A stretch of 64,000 bases of DNA from Thermoanaerobaculia bacterium. GTDB taxonomy: Bacteria; Acidobacteriota; Thermoanaerobaculia; Gp7-AA8. The position numbers were made by a program, and so were the translations under genes. The notes under the pieces are model-generated. The model saw only the letters and a list, made by a program, of their open reading frames with translations. It was not told the origin of the DNA and did not search any database. Below, piece by piece: positions 47,870-57,125 of the stretch. Position 1 is the first letter of the stretch. Every line of letters begins with the position of its first letter. The stretch lies in contig JAXDGL010000008.1 of assembly GCA_034665065.1 (NCBI GenBank), forward strand, positions 319,412 through 383,411, written 5' to 3'.

Positions 47870-48859
47870 ATGAATCGATTCCAACTTCCTGACCTTGGTA
47901 TCGGCATCGGCCTGAGGACCGTGCATTACGCGCACATCCTCGACAACGATCCGGCCATCGACTGGTTCGAAGCGCTCTCTGAGAACTATCTCGATACTGG
48001 TGGCCGTCCGCGTTACGTGCTCGAGAAAATCGCGGAGCGCTATCCGATCGTTCTGCACGGCGTGTCGATGTCGATCGGCGGAACCGATCCGCTCGACTTC
48101 GACTACCTTCGCAAACTGAAAGCGCTGGCACGTTCCGTCAATGCGCGCTGGATCTCCGATCATCTCTGCTGGACTGGAGTCAGCGGCCGCAACGTACACG
48201 ATCTGCTACCGATGCCTTACAACGAAGAGTCGCTTCGTCACACCGCGGAGCGCGTGCGGACCGTTTCCGAATTTCTGGAGACGCCGCTCGTCGTCGAGAA
48301 TCCATCGTCGTACGTCGAGTTCAAAGCATCGACGATGACGGAGTGGGATTTTCTCGCCGCGCTGGGCGAGCAGAGTGATTGCGGCTTGCTCCTCGACGTG
48401 AACAACATCTACGTCAGCTCGTTCAATCACAGTTTCGATCCGAATACCTACGTCGACGCGATCCCCGCCGACCGCGTCGTACAGGTTCATCTCGCCGGCC
48501 ACGCCAATCACGGTACGCACATCATCGACACGCACGACAACTTCGTGATCGACGAGGTGTGGCAGCTCTACGCACGCGCTAGCGCACGCATCGGCAATGT
48601 CTCGACGCTGATGGAGTGGGATGCGGATATCCCCGATTTCGAGACGGTGCATGCCGAGGCGCGGAAGGCGGAGGCGTTTCGTGAATCGGGGAGTGGGGGG
48701 TGGGGAGTGGGGAGTGGGAGAAAAGGCGATACGCTCCAAGCTGCGATCGCCGAGTCGCAAGTAGAAGACTCAGCGCCCGCCGAAACTCCGGTCCTCTTAT
48801 CCCCGAAACCCGACCACCGACATGCGACTCCCGCAACAGAGGCTCCCCTTGCCATCTGA
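47870..48859 (+). CDS. DUF692 / MNIO family enzyme (MbnB/BufB-like) with repeat-derived C-terminal extension
   Basis: MNRFQLPDLGIGIGLRTVHYAHIL…DWFE…ENY xylose-isomerase-like TIM-barrel signature of DUF692. The C-terminal ~55 aa (…ESGSGGWGVGSG…SPKPDHRHATPATEAP) is encoded by a GGGGAGT-family repeat (48686-48850). Confidence 0.85.
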   Translation: MNRFQLPDLGIGIGLRTVHYAHILDNDPAIDWFEALSENYLDTGGRPRYVLEKIAERYPIVLHGVSMSIGGTDPLDFDYLRKLKALARSVNARWISDHLCWTGVSGRNVHDLLPMPYNEESLRHTAERVRTVSEFLETPLVVENPSSYVEFKASTMTEWDFLAALGEQSDCGLLLDVNNIYVSSFNHSFDPNTYVDAIPADRVVQVHLAGHANHGTHIIDTHDNFVIDEVWQLYARASARIGNVSTLMEWDADIPDFETVHAEARKAEAFRESGSGGWGVGSGRKGDTLQAAIAESQVEDSAPAETPVLLSPKPDHRHATPATEAPLAI

Positions 48860-49661
48860 TCTCGCGCTGGCGCCGTTGCAGGAATGGATGCAGGCCGTCG
48901 TGACGCATCCCGGTGACGTGCACGACGCTGCCAAAGCGGCGGCGATCGATATCGACTCGATTGTGCTGCCGTCGAAAACGTTGCAGCCGCTGCAGCGCGT
49001 TGGCATCTATCACAGCATGTATTTGCTGCGGATGATCGAAGCGCTTGAGATCGATTACGCCGCGCTCGCGCATTTCATCGGCGGGCACGCGTTCGGGCAT
49101 CTCGTGTCCGACTACGTACAGCGCTTTCCATCCCGAAGCTGGACGTTGAACCGGCTCGGCGATCATCTCCCCGAGTTCATCGCCGGCTCGACGATGAAGC
49201 GGCGTGTGTTTCTCTCCGAGATGGCGCGGCTGGAGCTGGCGATGACGCATGTGTTCGAGGCGGAGGAAGCCGAAGCACTGCCGGCGGACGCGATCGGTGC
49301 GGTGCCGCCGGACAAGATCGAGACGCTTCGCTTCACGCCGATTCCCGGACTCCGGCTTCTGGAATTCGGGTACCAGATCAACGACGCGTTTCAGTCGTGG
49401 CGCGAAGAACGCGTCGTCACACCGGTGCGCGGGAAATCGTGGCTTGCCGTTCATCGACGCAACTACGCCGTCTTTCGCATGCCGCTCTCGAAGGAGGCGT
49501 TCGCATTTCTCGACGCACTCATTTCTGGCGAGACGATCGGTGGTGCGATCATGATGTTTCGCCGCCGGTTTCGGCGGATGCCAGAACAGCAGGAGCTTTT
49601 CGGCTGGTTCCGCGACTGGAGCGAGGCGGGACTCTTTGCAGCAATCGACGCCACCGGATAG
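48822..49661 (+). CDS. DUF2063-family protein (MbnC/BufC-like)
   Basis: 279 aa. Overlaps the MNIO 3' end. LQEWMQAVVTHPG… N-terminal region typical of DUF2063 partners of DUF692. Confidence 0.7.
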   Translation: MRLPQQRLPLPSDLALAPLQEWMQAVVTHPGDVHDAAKAAAIDIDSIVLPSKTLQPLQRVGIYHSMYLLRMIEALEIDYAALAHFIGGHAFGHLVSDYVQRFPSRSWTLNRLGDHLPEFIAGSTMKRRVFLSEMARLELAMTHVFEAEEAEALPADAIGAVPPDKIETLRFTPIPGLRLLEFGYQINDAFQSWREERVVTPVRGKSWLAVHRRNYAVFRMPLSKEAFAFLDALISGETIGGAIMMFRRRFRRMPEQQELFGWFRDWSEAGLFAAIDATG

Positions 49662-49670
49662 GAGAACGCG

Positions 49671-50147
49671 ATGATCGGCAAGCTGGTGCAGTGGTACGAC
49701 GTGGTCATGTCGCGCGGATTCGACAAGCTCCGCAGTCCTCTGCTGCTCGCGCTTCGTTTGATCTTCGGTTGGGGACTCTTCCAGACCGGTAAGGGCAAGC
49801 TGGAGAACATCGACCGTTTCACCGACTTCCTCACACATCTTCACATTCCAATGCCGGGTTTCAACGCGCACTTCGTGGCGACACTCGAATGCGCCGGCGG
49901 TTTGCTTCTGCTCATCGGCCTGGCTTCGCGACTGATCGCGATTCCTCTGACGATCAACTTCATCGTTGCGTACCTCACCGCCGATCACGAGGCGCTTGTG
50001 GGGTTTTTCAAAGATCAGGAAGCGTTCACGAGCGCGGCGCCATTTCTTTACCTGCTCGTTTCGCTGATCGTGCTCGCGTTTGGTCCCGGACTCTTCTCGC
50101 TCGACGCGCTCATCCGGCGCGTTTTTCTGCGCCGCCGGACGGCCTGA
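49671..50147 (+). CDS. DoxX-family membrane protein
   Basis: 4 TM helices (LLALRLIFGWGLFQTGKGKL…). Last gene of the operon. Confidence 0.8.
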   Translation: MIGKLVQWYDVVMSRGFDKLRSPLLLALRLIFGWGLFQTGKGKLENIDRFTDFLTHLHIPMPGFNAHFVATLECAGGLLLLIGLASRLIAIPLTINFIVAYLTADHEALVGFFKDQEAFTSAAPFLYLLVSLIVLAFGPGLFSLDALIRRVFLRRRTA

Positions 50148-50205
50148 GCGGCGACTCACCTATTGGCCGTCAAGCCGTTCGAGAACGTCCGGGCGCATTT
50201 CGGGC

Positions 50206-50691
50206 TCACTCGGCGTCGATGCAGAGGTTCGTGTTGGTGGTGACGGCAGCCGGTGCTTCCTCGATCAGCCGGCGTGCGCCGGCGAAGCGCCGCGCCCAAT
50301 GCGTGGCATTCAGCGAGGCGATGGCGACGCCGTGCCGCGCGGCGTGAACGAAATGCCCGCCGCCGATGTAAATGCCGACATGCGAAATTCCTCGAAGGCG
50401 GCCTCCGTGAAAGAAGACGAGATCGCCCGCTATCAGCTCCTCGCGTGCGACGGCGCATCCCTGCTTGAATTGGCGCGCCGCCGTTCTCGGCAACGCGACA
50501 CCGACGACGCGAAATGCGCGCTGCACGAGCGCTGAACAATCGAGTCCCTTCGGCGAATCGCCGCCGAGCCGGTACGGGAAGCCGGCAAACGTTCTGGCCA
50601 TCTCGACGACCATCGTCGTGGCCGGCGCGGCTCCGGTCGATTGCGCTGATGCAGTCGTCGTCACACCGCACGCCAGAAATAAAACCAGCAT
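50206..50691 (-). CDS. NlpC/P60 (C40) peptidase lipoprotein
   Basis: Internal start MLVLFLACG (lipobox). YRLGGDSPKGLDCSALVQRAF…GDLVFF…ISHVGIYIGGGHFVHA carries the Cys/His catalytic motif. Confidence 0.7.
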   Translation of the reverse strand: MLVLFLACGVTTTASAQSTGAAPATTMVVEMARTFAGFPYRLGGDSPKGLDCSALVQRAFRVVGVALPRTAARQFKQGCAVAREELIAGDLVFFHGGRLRGISHVGIYIGGGHFVHAARHGVAIASLNATHWARRFAGARRLIEEAPAAVTTNTNLCIDAE

Positions 50692-50694
50692 CAG

Positions 50695-51099
50695 CACGAG
50701 CGATGAAGATTGCCTGCTTCTCTCACGCGGGCGGCTGACACAACGATGGCGGCACTCGCCGCAGTTGAATAGATGCGCGGTCACGAGACTCCCCGCTCCG
50801 GTGAACACGAGAACGGTCTCCGCCGGCCCGTGCAGAAGCAACCTGCTTCCGATGATCGCGGCCAGCCCGGCGCCGATGCCGATCCGCGGAAGCAATGCGC
50901 CATTGCGGCGGAACGACGCGCGTATGGCGGAGAGGCCGATGAGCAGGGAAATGCCGGCGATCCATGTCTCGGCGGTTTCGCTGTGCTTCGCGGCCGCCGG
51001 AAGCGAAACGAGAATCAACGGCGTGGCCAGACAGTGAATGGCGCAGAGGATGGATACTGCAGCTCCGGCGCGGTCGATCCTCGTCTGCGATGTTTGCAC
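50695..51099 (-). CDS. MerC-like membrane domain (in-frame with the NlpC/P60 gene, no intervening stop)
   Basis: ILCAIHCLATPLIL…FNCGECRHRC. Paired Cys motifs at both ends of a 4-TM segment, as recalled for MerC mercury transporters. Confidence 0.4.
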
Positions 51100-51415
51100 T
51101 CAGTCCACCTCCGGATTCGAGTGGCAGACGGTATTGGACCAGCGCTCGTCTTCGCCAGCGATTCTCTGCCTGTGCGCAAAAAGCATCGATGAGAGGTCGT
51201 TCCGGTTCAATCAGCGGTACGAGCAAGCTCCCGGCTCCGTCCGCTTAGCCGCTGGTCTCGCAAGACGGACGTGATACTGCATGCAGCACGATGCTACAGC
51301 GAAGTACCGCGGCCCGAGTGGCAGTCGTTCCGGTGTGATTGCCGTTCACCGGGTGAATGGTTCCATTCATTGAAAAACGCTCTTACCACGCGGACGGCGC
51401 GGGCATCGTGCGCGG

Positions 51416-53605
51416 ATGTACCAATCGACGCGACGTTTCCTCCCTCTCACTCTTCTCACCTTTCTTCTCGCCGGATCACTTTTTGCGCAGACCTCCGGGA
51501 CTCTGACCGGCAAAGTTACGACGGGCGCCGGCGCACCGGTCGCCAGTGTGGACGTTCAGCTCGTCGATCTGCGACGCAGCACGACGGCTGACACATCCGG
51601 CGCGTATCGATTCGACGCCGTTCCGCCCGGCCGGCACCTCGTGCAGGTGGTCAGCGCACGCGCCGGCACTTCGGTGCGCCAGATCGATACCTCTGGCGCG
51701 AACACAACGCTTGACGTCGTCCTCGACCTCGCCGTTCACCGCGAGGAAATCGTCGTCAGTGCCACCGGCGGTCCACAGATGGCCTCGGAAGCTGCGCAAC
51801 CGGTGGACGTCATCTCCGGCACCGACCTTCAGGCGCGACAGCAGCCGACCCTCGGCGAAACGCTGGCCAATGAGCCTGGCGTTTCCTCAACCGGATTCGT
51901 CCCAGGCTCCAGCCGTCCGCTCATCCGTGGCCTCGGCGGCGACCGCATCCGCATTCTGGAGGATGGCATCGGCACCGGCGACGCGTCGAACGTCAGCCAG
52001 GATCACAACGTCACGATCGATCCGGTCAACGCCCGCAGCATCGAGATCGTGCGCGGACCGGCCACGCTTCTCTACGGGAGCAATGCCATCGGCGGCATCG
52101 TCAACGTTCTCGATGATCGCGTTCCCACCAGCGCGGCGAAAGGGATCAACGGCTCGGTAGACCTGCGCGGCACCTCGAATGCGCATGAGCGCAACGGCGA
52201 GATCTCGTTGGACGGCGGCAGCGGCATGTTCGCCTGGCACGGCAATTACGGACAGCGGAAGACCGGAGACTACGACACGCCGATCGGCAAGCTGTTCAAC
52301 AGCGATATCGACGCGAAGAACGGTGCCCTCGGCGCGTCGCTCGTCGGCGCCAAAGGCTTTCTTGGGCTCGCCTACAGCGGTTACGACACGAACTACGGCG
52401 TCTCGAATGCCGGACCGGGCGTTGAGCCCGAGGAAGTCGTGCGCATCGACATGCGAAACCGGAAGTGGGACCTGCGCTCCGAGCTCGAAGGCGGCGGTGG
52501 TCCGTTCAGCCGCTACCGCTTCCGCTTCGGACGGTCGGATTACACGCACTCCGAGGTCGCCGACGGCAATACGAACATCACGTTTCACAACAAGTTCAAT
52601 GAAGGCCGCCTCGAGGCGACGCAGCAGGCGTTTGGCGCGCTCACAGGCTCGATGGGTGTGCAATTCTCGAAACGCGATTTCTTTACCACCGGCGAAGAGC
52701 TTCTTCCGCCGACCCTGACGAAGAACATGGCAGCCTTCATCTTCGAGGAGGCGGGGAAGGGCACGTGGCGTTTGCAGTTCGGCGGGCGCTTCGAGAATCA
52801 GAAGGTGAATGTTGCGTCGGACGAACTGCCGGACCGCAGGTTCAACGGTCTGTCAGGCTCGGGCGCGCTTGTATACGTGCCGAACGCCGGCTACTCGGCG
52901 TCGTTGGCGCTGTCGCACTCGGTTCGCGCCCCGGTAGCGGAGGAGCTGTATTTCCGCGGCGCGCATGAGGCGACGTTCCAGTTTGAGATCGGCGATCCGA
53001 ACCTTCGCAAAGAAACGTCGAACGGCCTCGATCTTTCCTTTCACAAGCGTACCGGCATGGTGACGGGGACGGTCAGCGTCTACGCGAATCGCTACAACGG
53101 CTACATCTTCCAGGATCCCACCGGCGACGAAGAGGAAGGCTTTCCGGTATTTGTCTTCGCGCAGCGCGATGCGAAGTTCAACGGTGCGGAAGGTCACGCC
53201 GACATCTCGCTCTATCACACGGATCCGAATCATCTGGCGCTGGAGATCACCGGCGACTACGTTCACGCCGGCCTGTCGAATGGCGGAGGTCCGATCCCGT
53301 TCATTCCGCCTGCTCACCTCGGCGTCGGCCTGCGATTTCAGGGAGAAGCGCTCTATTTGCTGGCCGAGGCGCGGCATGCGGCGAAACAGGATCGCGTAGC
53401 GGACTTCGAGACGACCACCCCCGGGTACACGCTCCTGAACGCGGCGATCGGCTACCGGTTCTTCGCCGGCAATACCGTCAGCGATGTCATGTTGCGCGGA
53501 AGCAATCTGACCGACAAGCTGGCCCGCAACCACGTCAATCCGCTCAAGGACGCAGTGCCGCTGCCGGGCCGCGACATCACGTTGTCATATCGACTCACGT
53601 TCTGA
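51416..53605 (+). CDS. TonB-dependent receptor with N-terminal carboxypeptidase-regulatory-like domain
   Basis: Signal peptide. CarbopepD_reg (GTLTGKVTTGAGAPVASVDVQLVD…), plug (IEIVRGPATLLYGSNAIGGIVNV), barrel ending LSYRLTF. Confidence 0.85.
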   Translation: MYQSTRRFLPLTLLTFLLAGSLFAQTSGTLTGKVTTGAGAPVASVDVQLVDLRRSTTADTSGAYRFDAVPPGRHLVQVVSARAGTSVRQIDTSGANTTLDVVLDLAVHREEIVVSATGGPQMASEAAQPVDVISGTDLQARQQPTLGETLANEPGVSSTGFVPGSSRPLIRGLGGDRIRILEDGIGTGDASNVSQDHNVTIDPVNARSIEIVRGPATLLYGSNAIGGIVNVLDDRVPTSAAKGINGSVDLRGTSNAHERNGEISLDGGSGMFAWHGNYGQRKTGDYDTPIGKLFNSDIDAKNGALGASLVGAKGFLGLAYSGYDTNYGVSNAGPGVEPEEVVRIDMRNRKWDLRSELEGGGGPFSRYRFRFGRSDYTHSEVADGNTNITFHNKFNEGRLEATQQAFGALTGSMGVQFSKRDFFTTGEELLPPTLTKNMAAFIFEEAGKGTWRLQFGGRFENQKVNVASDELPDRRFNGLSGSGALVYVPNAGYSASLALSHSVRAPVAEELYFRGAHEATFQFEIGDPNLRKETSNGLDLSFHKRTGMVTGTVSVYANRYNGYIFQDPTGDEEEGFPVFVFAQRDAKFNGAEGHADISLYHTDPNHLALEITGDYVHAGLSNGGGPIPFIPPAHLGVGLRFQGEALYLLAEARHAAKQDRVADFETTTPGYTLLNAAIGYRFFAGNTVSDVMLRGSNLTDKLARNHVNPLKDAVPLPGRDITLSYRLTF

Positions 53606-53608
53606 GCG

Positions 53609-53923
53609 ATGGCCGAGGTCCAGGGCGTCTTCGAGCAAGCCGTGTTGATCGCGGTGGCGACCCTGGACCGCGAGTCGTCGGGTGCAACGATCGTTGCCGC
53701 GGTGCGCGAGCGGCTGCAACGCAACGTGCACTCCGGCTCGGTACACAGCACGTTGCAACGGCTGGAACAGAAGCAGTTGATCACGTCGCGGAAGGGCGCG
53801 ATGCCCGACCGCGGCGGCCGGCCAAGACGTTATTTCGCGGTCAACGAAGAGGGCATTCGCGCGTTGCGCCGCGCGAAGGTGGAGATCCAGCGAGCGTGGG
53901 GCGATTTCGTCGCGGAGCGATAA
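53609..53923 (+). CDS. PadR-family transcriptional regulator
   Basis: IAVATLDRESSGATIVAAVRERL…GSVHSTLQRLEQKQLITS…RRYFAVNEEGIRAL matches the PadR winged-helix pattern. Confidence 0.6.
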   Translation: MAEVQGVFEQAVLIAVATLDRESSGATIVAAVRERLQRNVHSGSVHSTLQRLEQKQLITSRKGAMPDRGGRPRRYFAVNEEGIRALRRAKVEIQRAWGDFVAER

Positions 53924-54171
53924 GGGATCGCGCGCGGACTCAACTTCCGGTGGGTCTCAGGATCGGAGCGGGGTAGCTCGGAACAATCGTCGCAGTAACA
54001 ATCGTGAGCCGTGATTCAACGCCTGGCGAATCAGCATCCGATCGAAGCGATGGAAATCTCGGCGGTCTCGTTCTCGACTTCTTCGAGCGGCTTTTATCAC
54101 GCCGGCATTCTGACAAATCAAACCCGGCGCGATGGGGACTTTGTGCTCAAACTACCGGCTTTCGTCGGGCA

Positions 54172-54951
54172 TCACAGCCGCAGCAGCCGCTCGCGCAGCA
54201 GCCGCGAATGAAAGCGGCTCGTTTGCAGCTCCTGTCCGTTGGATAGCAGCAGCACGAAGGTTCCGCCGGGCATCGGCGTGGCTTTGGTGATCGTGTTGAT
54301 GTTCGCCAGCGTGCCGCGGCTCAGGCGGATGAACTCTTCGCGATCGAGCCGCGCTTCGAGATCCTTCAAACGATAGGAGATCGTGTGCTTCACGCCGCGA
54401 ATGGTCGTCAGATGCAGCAGCTCGCCGTCGGCGATCACGGAGGCGACCTCATTGACCGGCACGAGCACGATCTCGTTCTTGCGGCGGACCGGAATGCGCC
54501 GTAACGGACCCGCGCTCGTGGCCTCGAACGCGCTTGCGGCTGTGCGGACATTCTTCACGGCCGCTGCGCGGGCATCATCGCGATCGAGGCGGTCGATGGC
54601 GCGGCTCACCGTTTCGCGCAGGCGCGCGGCATCGACGGGCTTGAGGAGATAATCGACAGCATTCAGCTCGAAGGCGCGCACGGCGTATTCGTCGTAGGCT
54701 GTTACGAACGCGATCATCGGCATCAAGCCGCGCTTGATGAGGCGCACCACGCCGATGCCGTCGACTTCCGGCATCTGCAGATCGAGTAGCGCCAGATCGG
54801 GTTTCTCGCGCTCGATCAACTCGACCGCAGCCGCTCCGTCCGTGGCCTCTCCGACGATCTCGACGTCGTGGAAGCGCCGCAGCATCGACAGCAACAGAGA
54901 TCGCGCCGGCCTCTCATCATCGGCGACGATCACGCGCAACCGGTCTCTCAT
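54172..54951 (-). CDS. LytTR-family response regulator
   Basis: Receiver domain (VIVADDERPARSLL…DLALLDLQMPEVDG) plus LytTR DNA-binding domain (…LHLTTIRGVKHTISYRLKDLEARL…FIRLSRGTLANI). Confidence 0.9.
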   Translation of the reverse strand: MRDRLRVIVADDERPARSLLLSMLRRFHDVEIVGEATDGAAAVELIEREKPDLALLDLQMPEVDGIGVVRLIKRGLMPMIAFVTAYDEYAVRAFELNAVDYLLKPVDAARLRETVSRAIDRLDRDDARAAAVKNVRTAASAFEATSAGPLRRIPVRRKNEIVLVPVNEVASVIADGELLHLTTIRGVKHTISYRLKDLEARLDREEFIRLSRGTLANINTITKATPMPGGTFVLLLSNGQELQTSRFHSRLLRERLLRL

Positions 54952-56750
54952 GCGCGCCTCGCGATCGGGAGGAGGATCTCGGCGCGCGTTTCGTCAGCCG
55001 TAGCGACGAGCGTCAGACTGGCGGCATCGCCGTACTGATGGCGCAGGCGCGCATCGAGGTTCGAGAGCCCTACGCCCTGCTGCCGGCCGCGGATGATGTC
55101 CGACTCGGTCGCCCGAGCGCCGCTGTTGCGGACAGTAATCGCCAGGATGTCGCCGTCGGAGCGGCTCTCGATGCTGACGCGCCCGCCGCTTCTGCAGTTG
55201 GCGATGCCGTGCTTGATGGCGTTCTCGACGAGCGGCTGGATCATGAGCGCCGGCACGCGGATTCCCCGCAGCTCGCCGGGGACGTCGATGTCGATGCGCA
55301 GTCTTTCTTCGAAGCGTGCGCGCTCGATCTCGAGATAGGCGCTGACCAGGTCGATCTCGTCGCCGAGCGTGGTGGCGGCATCCGCGGAACGGAGGACACC
55401 GCGCAGCAACGCCGTCAGCTTCATCAGCGTTCCGTGGGCGCGCGTTGGCGAAGTCTGGATGAGGTAGCCGATCGTGTTCATGGCGTTGAAGAGGAAGTGC
55501 GGATTCACCTGCGCGCGAAGCGCTCGCAACTCGGCTTCCGTGGCCAGCCTGCTTTGTTGATAGCGCTCGCGCTCGAGCCGGATGGTGTCGATGCGGCGCG
55601 CCGCCAGCAGTGCCATATTCTCGAGCATGGCCAGATCGTCGGAGAGCAAACGACGGCCCCCGGCAAGCGGACCAATCACGAGCGCATAACGCGGCGGCTC
55701 CGTCGTCCGAATGGACATCACGTCGTCACCGGCATCGAGACCCTCTTCGATCCATCGCATCTCATCGGCTGCCAGCGGCGACCGCAATGCATCGGCGAGA
55801 GCATTCATCACCGCAGGCGGCTCTTCCAGCGCACCCAGGGATTGATCGAAATCCTCGCGAAGGCGTTTGTAGTCGACGCGATGCAAGACGACGCGATCGA
55901 CGATCCACGCGGCTCCTCGGCACAACGGTGGATAGAGGAGGGCCAGCCCGGCCCAGAGAATTACGGAGACGCCGACCGCGACCGGATCGCTGCGGAAGTC
56001 ATGCTGCGCGAGGAGTGGCACTTCCACGCCGACGTACAGCCCCGAGGCGATGGCGACGAGCGCGAAGAGGGCGATGGCGCGCTTCAGAAAAAGATCCGCC
56101 AGCGCGAATCGGAAGTCCTGGTAGAGGATCGCGAAAATCAATGGGATCGATGCGTGATGTCCCGCCAGCTCGATGAACCACGATTCCGTTGCACCTTCGC
56201 GGTGACTGAGATGCAAGGCAGAGACAGCGAAGACCGCCAGCGCGACGATCGACCAGCCGCGCGCCGAACCGGTTCGGCGGCGTGTCAGCAGAAAGAGCGG
56301 AATCGTCAGCGCGAGGTAGAACCAGGTGAGTGTCTGCAGAGCGACAACCGAAGGCACTGGCGCGCCGCTGGAAGCCGCTCGGAACATGAGCGTTTCGGCA
56401 ACGGTGCTGATCGCATACGAACCCCAGACGATCGCGGCCGCGGTTCGGCGATGACGCGCCTCCGACTGCGATCGGAGGACGGTGTGGACGACGACAGCAG
56501 GCAGAAACCCGAGGGCGCTGTACGCCGTCGCGATCAGAAAAGGGGATGCGTCGCCGCCCGCGAAGTCGCGAATTCCGAATGCGGCGAGGCCGCTGACGTT
56601 CCAGATGAGTCCGAGGATTGCTGTGACGAGCGGAAGGCGATCGTCGCCCACGCGCCGCCGCACGACCAGCGCGAAGAGCATCGCGTAGAGCGCTGCGCCG
56701 GTCAGGAAGCCAATCAGGTGCACCAGTGCGGCGACGTTGTGGGGCGGCAT
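54948..56750 (-). CDS. LytS-type sensor histidine kinase
   Basis: Multi-TM N-terminus. H-box NPHFLFNAMNTI (His_kinase/LytS type). HATPase (ENAIKHG…GVGLSNL). 4-bp overlap with the RR gene. Confidence 0.85.
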   Translation of the reverse strand: MPPHNVAALVHLIGFLTGAALYAMLFALVVRRRVGDDRLPLVTAILGLIWNVSGLAAFGIRDFAGGDASPFLIATAYSALGFLPAVVVHTVLRSQSEARHRRTAAAIVWGSYAISTVAETLMFRAASSGAPVPSVVALQTLTWFYLALTIPLFLLTRRRTGSARGWSIVALAVFAVSALHLSHREGATESWFIELAGHHASIPLIFAILYQDFRFALADLFLKRAIALFALVAIASGLYVGVEVPLLAQHDFRSDPVAVGVSVILWAGLALLYPPLCRGAAWIVDRVVLHRVDYKRLREDFDQSLGALEEPPAVMNALADALRSPLAADEMRWIEEGLDAGDDVMSIRTTEPPRYALVIGPLAGGRRLLSDDLAMLENMALLAARRIDTIRLERERYQQSRLATEAELRALRAQVNPHFLFNAMNTIGYLIQTSPTRAHGTLMKLTALLRGVLRSADAATTLGDEIDLVSAYLEIERARFEERLRIDIDVPGELRGIRVPALMIQPLVENAIKHGIANCRSGGRVSIESRSDGDILAITVRNSGARATESDIIRGRQQGVGLSNLDARLRHQYGDAASLTLVATADETRAEILLPIARRA

Positions 56751-56835
56751 TCGAGTTGATTATGACGAGAAGGTTCCGACCTGCAAGGCGAGGCCGGTGA
56801 ATGGTTGGTTTCGGGTGATGAATGGTTGGATCTTG

Positions 56836-56998
56836 CGGTTGCGCGGTTGCGCGGTTGCGCGGTTGCGCGGTTGTGAGGTTACGGAGTTGCGAGGTTTCTG
56901 AGTAGATCCTTCGCAGCAACCCAGCAACCCAGCAACCCGGCACCTCAGCACCTCAGCAACCAACAACTCAGCAACCGCGCGAGACCGCAACCCACTGC
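56836..56998. repeat. imperfect palindrome of GGTTGCGC octamer arrays
   Basis: GGTTGCGC x4 + GGTTGTGAGG… then inverted CAGCAACC x3, CAGCACCT x2…. Confidence 0.7.
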
Positions 56999-57027
56999 AT
57001 TCTGTTATCGTCGCGCTCTCTCCTCGA

Positions 57028-57125
57028 GGAGGCGAATGGGGTCTGGTGGCTCCCGCGGTCTTCAAAACCGTTGTTTCGGCGCGGAAGCGTCGAAGGGTCG
57101 GTTCGATTCCGACGCGCCTCCGCCA
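57028..57125 (+). tRNA. selC: tRNA-Sec (selenocysteine, anticodon UCA)
   Basis: 98 nt. Acceptor GGAGGCG(A)/GCGCCTCC, 6-bp D-stem with 4-nt loop (GGGGTC-TGGT-GGCTCC), anticodon loop CTTCAAA (UCA), long variable arm, T-arm GTCGG-TTCGATT-CCGAC, discriminator G, CCA. Confidence 0.8.

Noticed and set aside
48579-50159. 526-aa minus-strand ORF
   Set aside because: Antisense to the DUF2063 and DoxX genes of the buf-like operon. Arg-rich.
55038-56943. Plus-strand 573-aa and minus-strand 314-aa ORFs
   Set aside because: Overlap the LytS histidine kinase in other frames. Arg-rich.
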